Below, piece by piece: positions 56,179 to 64,000 of a stretch of DNA of 64,000 nt. The notes below the pieces were generated by a model, which worked only from the letters and a program-made list of their open reading frames with translations, was not told where the DNA came from and did no database searches. Origin of the DNA: an uncultured Chloroflexia bacterium (lineage in GTDB: Bacteria > Chloroflexota > Limnocylindria > Limnocylindrales > CSP1-4); NCBI GenBank assembly GCA_963746845.1, contig CAVVCZ010000004.1:736001-800000 (forward strand). Direction: 5' to 3'. Position numbers and translations under genes: made by a program. How positions within the stretch are numbered: the stretch's first letter is position 1; each line of letters starts with the position of its first letter.

Positions 56179-56814
56179 TTATCCACCAACTCCGTCGCTC
56201 GTGGCCCACGGCGATCGGGCCATCCAGCCGACGAGGTCGGTCTGGTTGAGGAGCCTCGCGCTCTGGCAGGTCGGCCGGCGGTTCGCCTCGCGGCGGATCG
56301 CGTCGCCGAAGTGGCGGTCGAACGGGCCGCGCGGGAACGCACGCACGACGCCCGGTCGAACCTGATCGACGAGCTCGTAGCCGTCGCCACGGACGTCGAG
56401 CCCGGTGGCTCGATCGAGCAGGACAGCCTCGACGCCGTCCGCGAGGGTCACGCCCGGCTGCATGTGGAGGATGATCGCGACCGCCACCCGGTCGGCGGCG
56501 TCCGCGGGCAAGCCGCGCCGCTCGAGGAAGCGCCGCGCGAACTCCGCTCCTTCGACCTCGAAGCACATCGTGTTGCGCGGGATGCTCGTCAGCCCACCGT
56601 CGTGCATGAGCGAAGCCGTCCACAGGATCTGCGGGTCGACCGACCAGCCCTCGCGCTCCGCGATCGCCGCCCCCCAGCAGTACGCCCGGACCGAGTGGGC
56701 CAGGAGGTAGTCAGGCAGCGATCGGTGCGCCCACGACCAGGTCGCCGCGGACACGTCGTCCTGGGGCACCGCGAGCCCGCCGATGGCCGTCGGGAGCCGC
56801 GGGCTGGGTCGCAT
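56179..56814 (-). CDS. HD-domain protein (cyanamide hydratase-like subgroup)
   Basis: HSVRAY, LMHD, FEVEGA, AIILH, D..G, FPR. Confidence 0.82.
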   Translation of the reverse strand: MRPSPRLPTAIGGLAVPQDDVSAATWSWAHRSLPDYLLAHSVRAYCWGAAIAEREGWSVDPQILWTASLMHDGGLTSIPRNTMCFEVEGAEFARRFLERRGLPADAADRVAVAIILHMQPGVTLADGVEAVLLDRATGLDVRGDGYELVDQVRPGVVRAFPRGPFDRHFGDAIRREANRRPTCQSARLLNQTDLVGWMARSPWATSDGVGG

Positions 56815-56833
56815 CGTCCGCGATCCCCGGCCG

Positions 56834-57538
56834 TCAGATCCGGCCTAGCAGGTCCGCCTTCTTCGCCTCGAACTCCTCGGTCGTGATCGCGCCGGAGTCG
56901 CGGAGCTTCGCCAAATCGGCCAGCGTCGCGGTCAGCTCGGCGGTCGACGGAGCGGCGGCAACGGGCGCGGCCGCCGGCTGGCTCGCCTGGGCCGACGCGA
57001 CGGCCTGCATGGCCGCCTGGCGGTCCGTGGCGGCGGCCGAGCCTGTCTTCTGCTCGACGATCGACTTCTTGAACGCATCGACGCCGCGAATCGACGTCAG
57101 CGTGTAGGCGCCGGCGTCGCCCGACGCCGAGATGATCCGGAGGTTGCCGTACCCGAGCGCCCGCCCGACAGCGGGGACCGTGCTGCGGACGTCCGCGATC
57201 GAGGTGAGGAGCGTGTCGTAGTTTCGCTGCCGGAGGAGACCCTCGTGACCCACGACCCGCTGCGTGGTCACGGCAAAGTCCGCCGTGCGCCAGGCCACGA
57301 TGTTGTAGGCGATCGAGCCGAGCGCACCGAGGACCAGGACGAGCTGACCCAGCCCCAGGAGGCGGTTGAAGAAGCCCATGACCCCGTTCGTCTGATCGCC
57401 CTGCAGCCACGCGAGGACGACCCCCAGGATCAGCAGGAGGATCGCCCATTTCGAATCGGCGAGCGGCGAGATCCAGTGCTTCGTCGTCCGGGTGACGATC
57501 GACTCGCCGGCGATGAGCTCTTCCTCGATGTTGCTCAT
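56834..57538 (-). CDS. Membrane protein with bacterial PH domain and C-terminal SHOCT
   Basis: Two TM, FAVTTQRV..GLL, GYGNL, LAKLRDSGAITTEEFEAKKADLL. Confidence 0.85.
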   Translation of the reverse strand: MSNIEEELIAGESIVTRTTKHWISPLADSKWAILLLILGVVLAWLQGDQTNGVMGFFNRLLGLGQLVLVLGALGSIAYNIVAWRTADFAVTTQRVVGHEGLLRQRNYDTLLTSIADVRSTVPAVGRALGYGNLRIISASGDAGAYTLTSIRGVDAFKKSIVEQKTGSAAATDRQAAMQAVASAQASQPAAAPVAAAPSTAELTATLADLAKLRDSGAITTEEFEAKKADLLGRI

Positions 57539-57722
57539 GGGGTCCCACCTCGGTGCGGTCGCCGACGACGGTGTCGGGGATCGGCCAGCAGCGTCGCGGC
57601 CGCCTCCTCGCTCGTCAAGGGGAGGCCCACCCGTGCGACCGGGGGGACGCACGGAGGCGGAGGGCGCCGGCTTGCGGCTCCCTCCGCCGATGGATGCGGA
57701 TCGATAGGGATCGATCGTGCCG

Positions 57723-58127
57723 TCACGACGGCGCAGGCTTCTCCTGGACCGCCCAGCCGTTGCCGTCCGGATCGCTGAAGAAGGCGAACGAGTTCCACGG
57801 CCCGCCGTGGCCGTCCTTCCACTCACCGCCCTCGAACGAGCGGACCGGCGTGATGTCGACGCCGGCATCGGCGAGCTGCTGACGAGCCGCGTCGATGTCG
57901 GTCACGCACAGCTGGAGGCCCTGGAGCGTGCCGGGCTCCATCTTCGCCAGGCCCTTGCCGATCGAGATCGAGCAGGCCGATCCGGGCGGGGTCAGCTGGA
58001 CGACGCGGAACTCGTCGCCGACGGCGTGGTCGACATCGACGTTGAAGCCGCAACGCTCGCTGTAGAAGGCCTTCGCCCGATCGACGTCCGACACGGGGAC
58101 GACGACGAGCTCGAGGGTGAAGTCCAT
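57723..58127 (-). CDS. VOC/glyoxalase family protein
   Basis: PVSDVDRAKAFY, VQLTPPGS, FSDPDGNGWAVQE. Confidence 0.9.
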   Translation of the reverse strand: MDFTLELVVVPVSDVDRAKAFYSERCGFNVDVDHAVGDEFRVVQLTPPGSACSISIGKGLAKMEPGTLQGLQLCVTDIDAARQQLADAGVDITPVRSFEGGEWKDGHGGPWNSFAFFSDPDGNGWAVQEKPAPS

Positions 58128-58153
58128 GGCGGGCTCCTTCGCGTGACCGTCGA

Positions 58154-58633
58154 TCAGACCGGCGTGGCGAGACGGGCGAGCAGGTCGTCGAGGCGGTCGA
58201 ACCCGTCGTTCATGCCGTCCGCCATCCCGTTCTCGATCATCGCGTCACGCGCCTCGACCGTCTGGTACACGGAGTGGGTCCGGGCGATCGTCCGGCCGTC
58301 GCGCTCCTCGAGCACCAGCTTGTCGAGCGAGACGTGCCCGGGGGCTCCCTCGAACTCGAAGGTCTGGACCATGCCGTCGGGGCTCAGGTCGCCGTGGAAG
58401 ACGCCGTGGAAGCCATAGGCGTTGGTGCCGTCCGTGTGGACGTAGCGATAGCTGCCGCCCGCCCGCGGCTCCCACGTGTCGATGACCATCTCGTACTTGC
58501 GTGGCCCGAGCCACTGGACGATCAGGTCCGGGTCCGTCCAGGCCCGGAACACGAGCTCGCGCGGGGCATCGAACTCGCGGCTGACGTCGATGAACGGTAC
58601 GCCGGCCGGTGCGCTGATCTTCGTCTCGGACAT
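58154..58633 (-). CDS. SRPBCC/AHSA1 family protein
   Basis: REFDAPRELVFRAWTDP, QTFEFEG, ARDAM..GM. Confidence 0.9.
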   Translation of the reverse strand: MSETKISAPAGVPFIDVSREFDAPRELVFRAWTDPDLIVQWLGPRKYEMVIDTWEPRAGGSYRYVHTDGTNAYGFHGVFHGDLSPDGMVQTFEFEGAPGHVSLDKLVLEERDGRTIARTHSVYQTVEARDAMIENGMADGMNDGFDRLDDLLARLATPV

Positions 58634-58668
58634 CGCTGGTTCCTCCAAGTGCTTCCCGGATCGATCGG

Positions 58669-59031
58669 TCACTCCGTCGGCTCGGCGGGCGCCGAGGTCG
58701 GGGTCGGGTCTGCCTGGAGACGGGCCAGCAGCGCGTCGAGACGGCCGTGGCTCTCCTCCCAGTACTGCTGGTAGCGGGCCAGCCACGCCGAGGCGTCGCG
58801 CAGAGCCTCCCCTTCGAGATGGCTCAGGCGGGCGGTCTGGCGGCGCTTGCGCGAGATCAGCCCGGCCCGTTCGAGGACCTTCAGGTGTCGCGAGATCGCC
58901 GGCTGAGAGACGCGGAAGGGTGCCGCCAGCTCGGCGACACTCGCGTCACCGTCGGTCAATCGGGCGAGGATCGCCCGTCGCGTCGGGTCGGCCAGCGCCC
59001 CGAACACCGCATCCAGCTGCTCCACCACCAC
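58669..59031 (-). CDS. ArsR-family regulator
   Basis: FGALADPTRRAIL, SQPAISRHLKVLERAGLI. Confidence 0.92.
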   Translation of the reverse strand: MVVEQLDAVFGALADPTRRAILARLTDGDASVAELAAPFRVSQPAISRHLKVLERAGLISRKRRQTARLSHLEGEALRDASAWLARYQQYWEESHGRLDALLARLQADPTPTSAPAEPTE

Positions 59032-59034
59032 TCC

Positions 59035-59050
59035 ATAACTACTACGTTAT
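59035..59050. promoter_or_regulatory. ArsR-type operator palindrome
   Basis: ATAAC-n6-GTTAT immediately upstream of the ArsR start in an AT-rich patch. Confidence 0.6.
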
Positions 59051-59089
59051 AGAACAATGTGGTGATTAAAGCGGTAGGCAGCGTGGTTG

Positions 59090-59605
59090 TCAACCCCCGT
59101 CGGCCGACCTCCCGGTCGGGAGGCCGCCCAGCGGCTCGGGCTCCGGTTCGTCGTACCGGTCTCGATGGACCCACACCCACAGGGCCACGAGGAATCGTGC
59201 GAGCAGGCTCAGGCCGTAGCTCGCACACCAGACGCAGACGGCTCCGATCACGAACAGCTCGAGGTAGGTGAAGTACAGCTCGAAGATCACCCCGCCCAAC
59301 GACAGGCCGTAGTGCAGCGCGAGGAGCCGGCCGTCACCCGTTCGCCACCAGGCGATGGCGAGGCTGAACAGGACGAGCGACAGCGCCACGCCGAAGACCG
59401 CGACCGGGACGCCACCGATCCGGCTGTACGTCGACCGGGCGACCTCCTCGCAGCCGTGGAGGGGGCCGCAGACCGGCAGCTCGCCCCGAAGCTCCACTGA
59501 GGCGAGATACCCGGCGATCGCGAGCCCCACGAGGTCGAGCGCCGCCAGAACGGCGGCCGGGTGGAGCCGGCGCATCCGTCGCCAGCCGCCGGCGACGGAC
59601 GTCAC
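59090..59605 (-). CDS. Vitamin K epoxide reductase (VKOR) family protein
   Basis: C-x5-C (CGPLHGC), conserved S, CVWC, TM helices. Confidence 0.9.
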   Translation of the reverse strand: MTSVAGGWRRMRRLHPAAVLAALDLVGLAIAGYLASVELRGELPVCGPLHGCEEVARSTYSRIGGVPVAVFGVALSLVLFSLAIAWWRTGDGRLLALHYGLSLGGVIFELYFTYLELFVIGAVCVWCASYGLSLLARFLVALWVWVHRDRYDEPEPEPLGGLPTGRSADGG

Positions 59606-60357
59606 CTGGCCGCCGCCTCGAGCGCGGCCGAGAGCTCGGCGTATCCCGCGCCGGGGAGCAGCCGCCCGTCGATCACGACCATCGGCGTCGAGTCGATCCC
59701 GGCCGCAGCCGCCGCGGCCCGGGCGTCGGTCACCGCCTTCGCTGCCGCCGGGGAGTCGATGTCGGCGAGGAACGCGGCGCGGTCAAGGTCGATGAGGTCG
59801 GCCATGGCCACGAGGCGATCGGGGGTGAAGGCTCCGCTGTTCTCCTGGAGGCCCTGATTCGCGTACAGCGTCGCCCACATGTCCCAGAACCGGCCCTGAC
59901 GATCCGCCGCCCAGGCCGCCTTCGCGGCCAGCACGGATTCGGCTCCGAGGAAGGCATACGGGTGGAAGACCAGCTTCGCAGTCCCGTCGGCGAGCTCATT
60001 CCGGACCAGGCTCGGGAACACGTCCCTCCCCCACCGGAAGCAGCCCGGGCACTGGAAGTCCTCGTAGATGTCGATCGTCGCCGGCGCGTCCGTCCGCCCG
60101 AGGACGAGCCCGTTCGCCGCGATGCCGGCCGGCGCCGTCGCGCGGACGAGCTCCGACGCCGGGGTGGCCTGCGGGCGCCCGCCGAGGATGATCATCGCCG
60201 CGATCAGCCCGAGACCGGCAAGGACCGCGACAGCCGACATCTGGACGATGCCAATCCGCGATCGCCGACGGACCGGGACGCGGGATGCCGCCCGCCGGGC
60301 GGCCAGCTGGGTTGCTCGGCGTTCGCGGCGCCGGGCGCGCGAGGTGGATGTGGTCAT
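59602..60357 (-). CDS. Membrane-anchored DsbA-family thiol-disulfide oxidoreductase
   Basis: TM anchor, YEDFQCPGC, GIDSTP cis-Pro; overlaps the VKOR start. Confidence 0.88.
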   Translation of the reverse strand: MTTSTSRARRRERRATQLAARRAASRVPVRRRSRIGIVQMSAVAVLAGLGLIAAMIILGGRPQATPASELVRATAPAGIAANGLVLGRTDAPATIDIYEDFQCPGCFRWGRDVFPSLVRNELADGTAKLVFHPYAFLGAESVLAAKAAWAADRQGRFWDMWATLYANQGLQENSGAFTPDRLVAMADLIDLDRAAFLADIDSPAAAKAVTDARAAAAAAGIDSTPMVVIDGRLLPGAGYAELSAALEAAAR

Positions 60358-60509
60358 GGCTCTCCCCGGAACGTGGATGCTCCCTCCACGATCGCCGGGC
60401 GCGATCGCCGACGACAGGTGCCGTTCGGCCCGTTCGAGGCCCGCCACTGGTCGCAATGTCGTCGTCGCCATGCCATCCGTCAGGTGGGCTCGGGATCCGC
60501 CCGTAAGTA

Positions 60510-60540
60510 GTTGCATACGCAACGATCCATGTGGTACGGT
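60510..60540 (+). promoter_or_regulatory. Leaderless promoter with palindromic operator over the -35
   Basis: TTGCAT-18-TACGGT-6-ATG; GTTGC-ATAC-GCAAC 60510-60523. Confidence 0.6.
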
Positions 60541-60546
60541 GCGACC

Positions 60547-61662
60547 ATGCAACTCGGAGTCTTCACCGTCGGCGACGTGACGCCGGACCCCACGACGGGC
60601 CACGCCGTGAGCGAGGAACAGCGGATCCAGATCATGGTCAAGGTCGCCCTGAAGGCGGAGGAGGTCGGTCTCGACGTCTTCGCCACGGGCGAGCACCACA
60701 ACCCGCCGTTCGTCCCCTCCTCCCCCACCACGCTGCTGGGGTACATCGCGGCGAAGACCGACCGCCTGCTGCTCTCGACGGCGACGACCCTGATCACGAC
60801 GAACGATCCGGTCAAGATCGCCGAGGACTACGCGATGCTCCAGCACCTGGCCGACGGCCGCGTCGACCTGATGATGGGTCGCGGCAACACGGGGCCTGTG
60901 TACCCGTGGTTCGGCCAGGACATCCGCAACGGGATCGCCCTCGCCTACGAGCACTACGGGCTGCTCCACCGCCTGTGGCGCGAGGACGTCGTCGACTGGG
61001 AAGGCAAGCTCCGGACGCCGCTGACCGGGTTCACGTCGACGCCGCGACCGCTCGACGGTGTCCCGCCGTTCGTATGGCACGGCTCGATCCGCAGCCCCGA
61101 GATCCCCGAGCAGGCCGCCTACTATGGCGATGGCTTCTTCCACAACAACATCTTCTGGCCGGCGGACCACGTGAAGCGGATGGTCGAGCTCTACCGGCGC
61201 CGCTGGGAGCACTACGGCCACGGCCCGTCCGATACTGCGATCGTCGGGCTTGGCGGCCACGTCTTCATGCGCAAGAACTCGCAGGACGCGATCCGCGAGT
61301 TCCGGCCGTACTTCGACCATGCGCCCGTCTACGGCGGCGGCCCGTCACTCGAGGACTACATGGCCCAGACGCCGATGACGATCGGCAGCCCGCAGCAGGT
61401 CATCGATCGAACGCTCGGCTTCCGCGAGTTCGTCGGCGACTACCAGCGCCAGTTGTTCATCGCCGACCATGCCGGGCTCCCGCTCAAGACCGTCCTCGAG
61501 CAGATGGACATCCTCGGAGCGGAGGTCGTGCCGGTGCTCCGCCGGGAGTTCGCGGCCCTCAAGCCGGCCCATGTGCCCGAGGCTCCCGTGCACCCTCGCG
61601 TCGCGGCGGCACGTGGCGTGGCGAACCCCGTGGCCGCGAGCCCCGAGGCGGTGCCCGCATGA
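60547..61662 (+). CDS. FMN-dependent luciferase-like monooxygenase (CE1758-like)
   Basis: GEHHNPPF, TTNDPVKIAED, MGRGNTGPVYPWFG, WHGSIRS. Confidence 0.92.
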   Translation: MQLGVFTVGDVTPDPTTGHAVSEEQRIQIMVKVALKAEEVGLDVFATGEHHNPPFVPSSPTTLLGYIAAKTDRLLLSTATTLITTNDPVKIAEDYAMLQHLADGRVDLMMGRGNTGPVYPWFGQDIRNGIALAYEHYGLLHRLWREDVVDWEGKLRTPLTGFTSTPRPLDGVPPFVWHGSIRSPEIPEQAAYYGDGFFHNNIFWPADHVKRMVELYRRRWEHYGHGPSDTAIVGLGGHVFMRKNSQDAIREFRPYFDHAPVYGGGPSLEDYMAQTPMTIGSPQQVIDRTLGFREFVGDYQRQLFIADHAGLPLKTVLEQMDILGAEVVPVLRREFAALKPAHVPEAPVHPRVAAARGVANPVAASPEAVPA

Positions 61663-62321
61663 GTGCGTCGATCCCGGGCGATCTCCCTTCCACCGCTCGG
61701 TCGCTCGTAGTCGTCAGCGCGGGGCTCGGCGTCCCCTCGTCGACCCGGCTGCTGGCCGATCGCCTGGCGGCGGCGACCGAGCGCCATCTCGGGGACGCCG
61801 GGATCGCGCCCACGATCCGGGTCGTCGAGCTGCGCGACCACGCCCAGGACCTGATCAACCACCTGCTGACGGGCTTTCCCGCACCGGGTCTCCAGGAGGT
61901 CATCGATGCGGTCGTCGGCGCGGACGGGCTGATCGCGGTCAGCCCGGTGTTCAACGCCTCCTATAGCGGCCTGTTCAAGCTGTTCTTCGACGTCGTCGAC
62001 AGGGACGGGCTCTCGGGGATGCCGACGCTCCTCGGCGCGACCGGCGGCACGACGCGGCACTCGCTGGCGATCGACCACGCGATGCGTCCGCTGTTCGCCT
62101 ACCTGAATGCGTCCGTGGTCGCGACCGGCGTCTACGCGGCGGCCGAGGACTGGGGCAGGAGTGGGCTCGCCCAGGACAGCGGGCTGGTCGAGCGGATCGA
62201 TCGTGCGGCGGCCGAGCTCGCGTCGGCGATGGCCGTCCGGTTGCGCACCAACGCCGTCGATCCGTTCGCGGATCCTGTCCCGTTCGAGCAGCTGATGGGG
62301 TCGAAGCCGCCCGTCGGCTGA
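61659..62321 (+). CDS. NADPH-dependent FMN reductase (CE1759/MsuE-like)
   Basis: SAGLGVPSSTRLLAD, PVFNASYSGLFK, ATGGTTRHSL; ATGA overlap. Confidence 0.92.
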   Translation: MSASIPGDLPSTARSLVVVSAGLGVPSSTRLLADRLAAATERHLGDAGIAPTIRVVELRDHAQDLINHLLTGFPAPGLQEVIDAVVGADGLIAVSPVFNASYSGLFKLFFDVVDRDGLSGMPTLLGATGGTTRHSLAIDHAMRPLFAYLNASVVATGVYAAAEDWGRSGLAQDSGLVERIDRAAAELASAMAVRLRTNAVDPFADPVPFEQLMGSKPPVG

Positions 62322-62343
62322 CGAGCCACTCGCGGGTTGGCGA

Positions 62344-62889
62344 TCAGCCGTCCGCCCAGAGGGCGTAGCGCCAGTCGTTGCACCGGCTCCAGTGCCCCTT
62401 CGGGTACTCGATCTCCGTCTCCTCGACCAGCTCGAACCCCACACCCGCGCACATCCGGTTCGACGCGAGGTTGTCGACGTGCGGGAAGGCGTGGACGAAC
62501 CGGTGCCGGCCGTCGCCCGCGGCGAGCGCCAGGAGCTGCCGGAACGCGACCGAGCCGATCCCGCGGCCCTGCCACGGCGGAAGGACGCTGAGGCCGGCCT
62601 CCCACACGACCCGGTCGTGGTGCTCCAGCTCCCAGAAGCCGGCCCACCCGACGCCATCTGCCGCAGCCGGATCGTCGTCGACGGTGATCGCGAAGAGCCC
62701 ACCCGGTGCCGTGTCGGCCAGCAGGCCCTGATGCCGCGAGCGGATCCGCGCATCGCTCTCGGGGCCGCCCAGGTAGACCGTCATCGCCGGGTCGCCGACG
62801 ATCGCCCGCATCAGGTCGAGGTCGCCCTCGGCCCACGGGCGGAGCGCGACCGGCACCTGCTCGCGGGTGGGACCACCAGGTTCATGCAC
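62344..62889 (-). CDS. GNAT acetyltransferase (RimJ/RimL-like)
   Basis: WQGRGIG, HAFP.VDNLASN, GF; GTG 62889 lies 6 nt after GAGAAT (ORF extends to 62961). Confidence 0.85.
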   Translation of the reverse strand: MHEPGGPTREQVPVALRPWAEGDLDLMRAIVGDPAMTVYLGGPESDARIRSRHQGLLADTAPGGLFAITVDDDPAAADGVGWAGFWELEHHDRVVWEAGLSVLPPWQGRGIGSVAFRQLLALAAGDGRHRFVHAFPHVDNLASNRMCAGVGFELVEETEIEYPKGHWSRCNDWRYALWADG

Positions 62890-62987
62890 CGGCGGATTCT
62901 CGCGCAAAACGGATGGAACCCGATCGCGATCGCGTGGCTCGTATTGTGTGAACGCGGCCACATGAGCCGTGTCGCATCGGTGGCGAC

Positions 62988-63398
62988 ATGCAGATCGAGC
63001 TCGTCGAACGAGCCATCGCCGGCGACCGCGACGCCTTCTCCGTGTTGGTGAAGACGTCGGTTCCCCGCCTGCACGGCGCCGCCCGCCTCATCCTCCGGGA
63101 TCCGGATCGCGCCCAGGACGCGGTCCAGGAGGCGCTCGTGCTGGCCTGGCGGCACATCGGCGCCCTCCGTGACCCCGGGGCCTGGGACGCCTGGCTGTAC
63201 CGGCTCACCGTTCGTGCCTGCTACCGGTCGGCACGGACGGTCCGTCGCCGGAACGTGGTCGAGCTGCACGTGATGCCCGACCTGGAGCCGACGTCGAACA
63301 AGGACTTCTCCCTGTCCGTGGTCGAGCACGACGCGATCGGTCGCGCCATGGGGCGTCTGCCGGTCGACCAACGAACGGTGATGGTCCTGCGGCCTCCG
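62988..63398 (+). pseudogene. ECF sigma-70 factor truncated in region 4
   Basis: GDRDAF, AQDAVQEAL..AW, WLYRL, then LPVDQRTVMVLR; similarity ends before the HTH and the frame runs antisense into the VOC gene. Confidence 0.75.
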
Positions 63399-63788
63399 TC
63401 AGAAGTCGCGACGGCCCGCGAAGCTCTCGATGACACCCGGCCGGGTCAGCTCGTAGATCGCGAGCCGCTGGCCGCCCGGCGCCTCGAACGAGCGGACCGG
63501 TCCCTGCGGGATCTCCAGGTCGTGGCCGCGCGGCCAGCCGCGGGCGTCCAGCTCGTGCTCGGCGGCGGCCAGGTCCGGGACGCGGTACACCAGGATCGGG
63601 CGGTCGCCCTCGAGATGGCCCGCGAGGACGATCCGCGGCGGCGCGTCGGTCAACTCGACCATCGCGACCCGGGTGCCCATCGCGTCGATCGCGAAGACGA
63701 GCCTGGCGCCGAGGGCGTCCGTGAAGGCGGCGACGTCCGCTGCGACATCGCGGCTCGGGACATAGACATAGTCGAGCGACTCGAACAT
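63399..63788 (-). CDS. VOC/glyoxalase-like protein
   Basis: LDYVYVPSRDV, LVYRVPDL, EIPQGP..SF.APGGQRLAIYE. Confidence 0.82.
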   Translation of the reverse strand: MFESLDYVYVPSRDVAADVAAFTDALGARLVFAIDAMGTRVAMVELTDAPPRIVLAGHLEGDRPILVYRVPDLAAAEHELDARGWPRGHDLEIPQGPVRSFEAPGGQRLAIYELTRPGVIESFAGRRDF

Positions 63789-63793
63789 CGCGG

Positions 63794-64000
63794 CTAGCCC
63801 GGCGACGGTTCCGGCGTGTCCGGAAGGACGGCCTGTGCCGGTTCGGGCGTCCCGTAGAACTCGCGGTAGACCACGTTGACCGCCGCCGCGATCGGCACGC
63901 CGAGGAGCCCGCCGAGGATCCCGTACACGTTCAGCCCGACGAGCACGGCGAAGATCGTGATCACCGGGTGGAGGTGGACCGCCCGGCCGATGACCTGTGG
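63794..64000 (-). CDS. AI-2E family transporter, C-terminal fragment
   Basis: Manual translation: PQVIGRAVHLHPVITIFAVLVG..YGILGGLLGVPIAA...*. Confidence 0.85.
   Translation of the reverse strand, partial: PQVIGRAVHLHPVITIFAVLVGLNVYGILGGLLGVPIAAAVNVVYREFYGTPEPAQAVLPDTPEPSPG

Noticed and set aside
1-64000. tRNA, rRNA, known riboswitches, IS elements or prophage
   Set aside because: None recognised by eye; a tRNAscan-SE, Infernal and ISEScan run would be needed to exclude divergent ones

Overview
GC-rich bacterial DNA, densely coding, with about 68 CDS. I found no rRNA, tRNA, CRISPR array, prophage or transposase. Gene content and style fit a soil Chloroflexota (Limnocylindria-like) or actinobacterium-like organism; this is inference only. 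The window is accessory, stress-response and catabolic. It holds five F420-dependent enzymes, three ArsR-SRPBCC modules, two class III nucleotide cyclases (one divergent from a cNMP-binding protein), an OtrA/TetM-like GTPase, ettA, DsbA-VKOR, and a gamma-glutamylation cluster (Liv-type ABC importer, GlnA3/FluG-like ligase, amidohydrolase, PuuD-like hydrolase, SDR). The most notable signals are regulatory. First, a Cys-rich (CCSC) short leader ORF with mutually exclusive anti-SD helices precedes a DUF4395-EamA operon, a probable cysteine-sensing translational attenuator. Second, an SD-led uORF overlaps the start of the TetM-like gene. Third, a 28/32-bp duplicated operator links a GlxA regulator to both flanking genes. 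Fourth, there are twin ECF41-type promoters and pervasive leaderless starts. Scattered single-base frameshifts in six genes look like sequencing indels.
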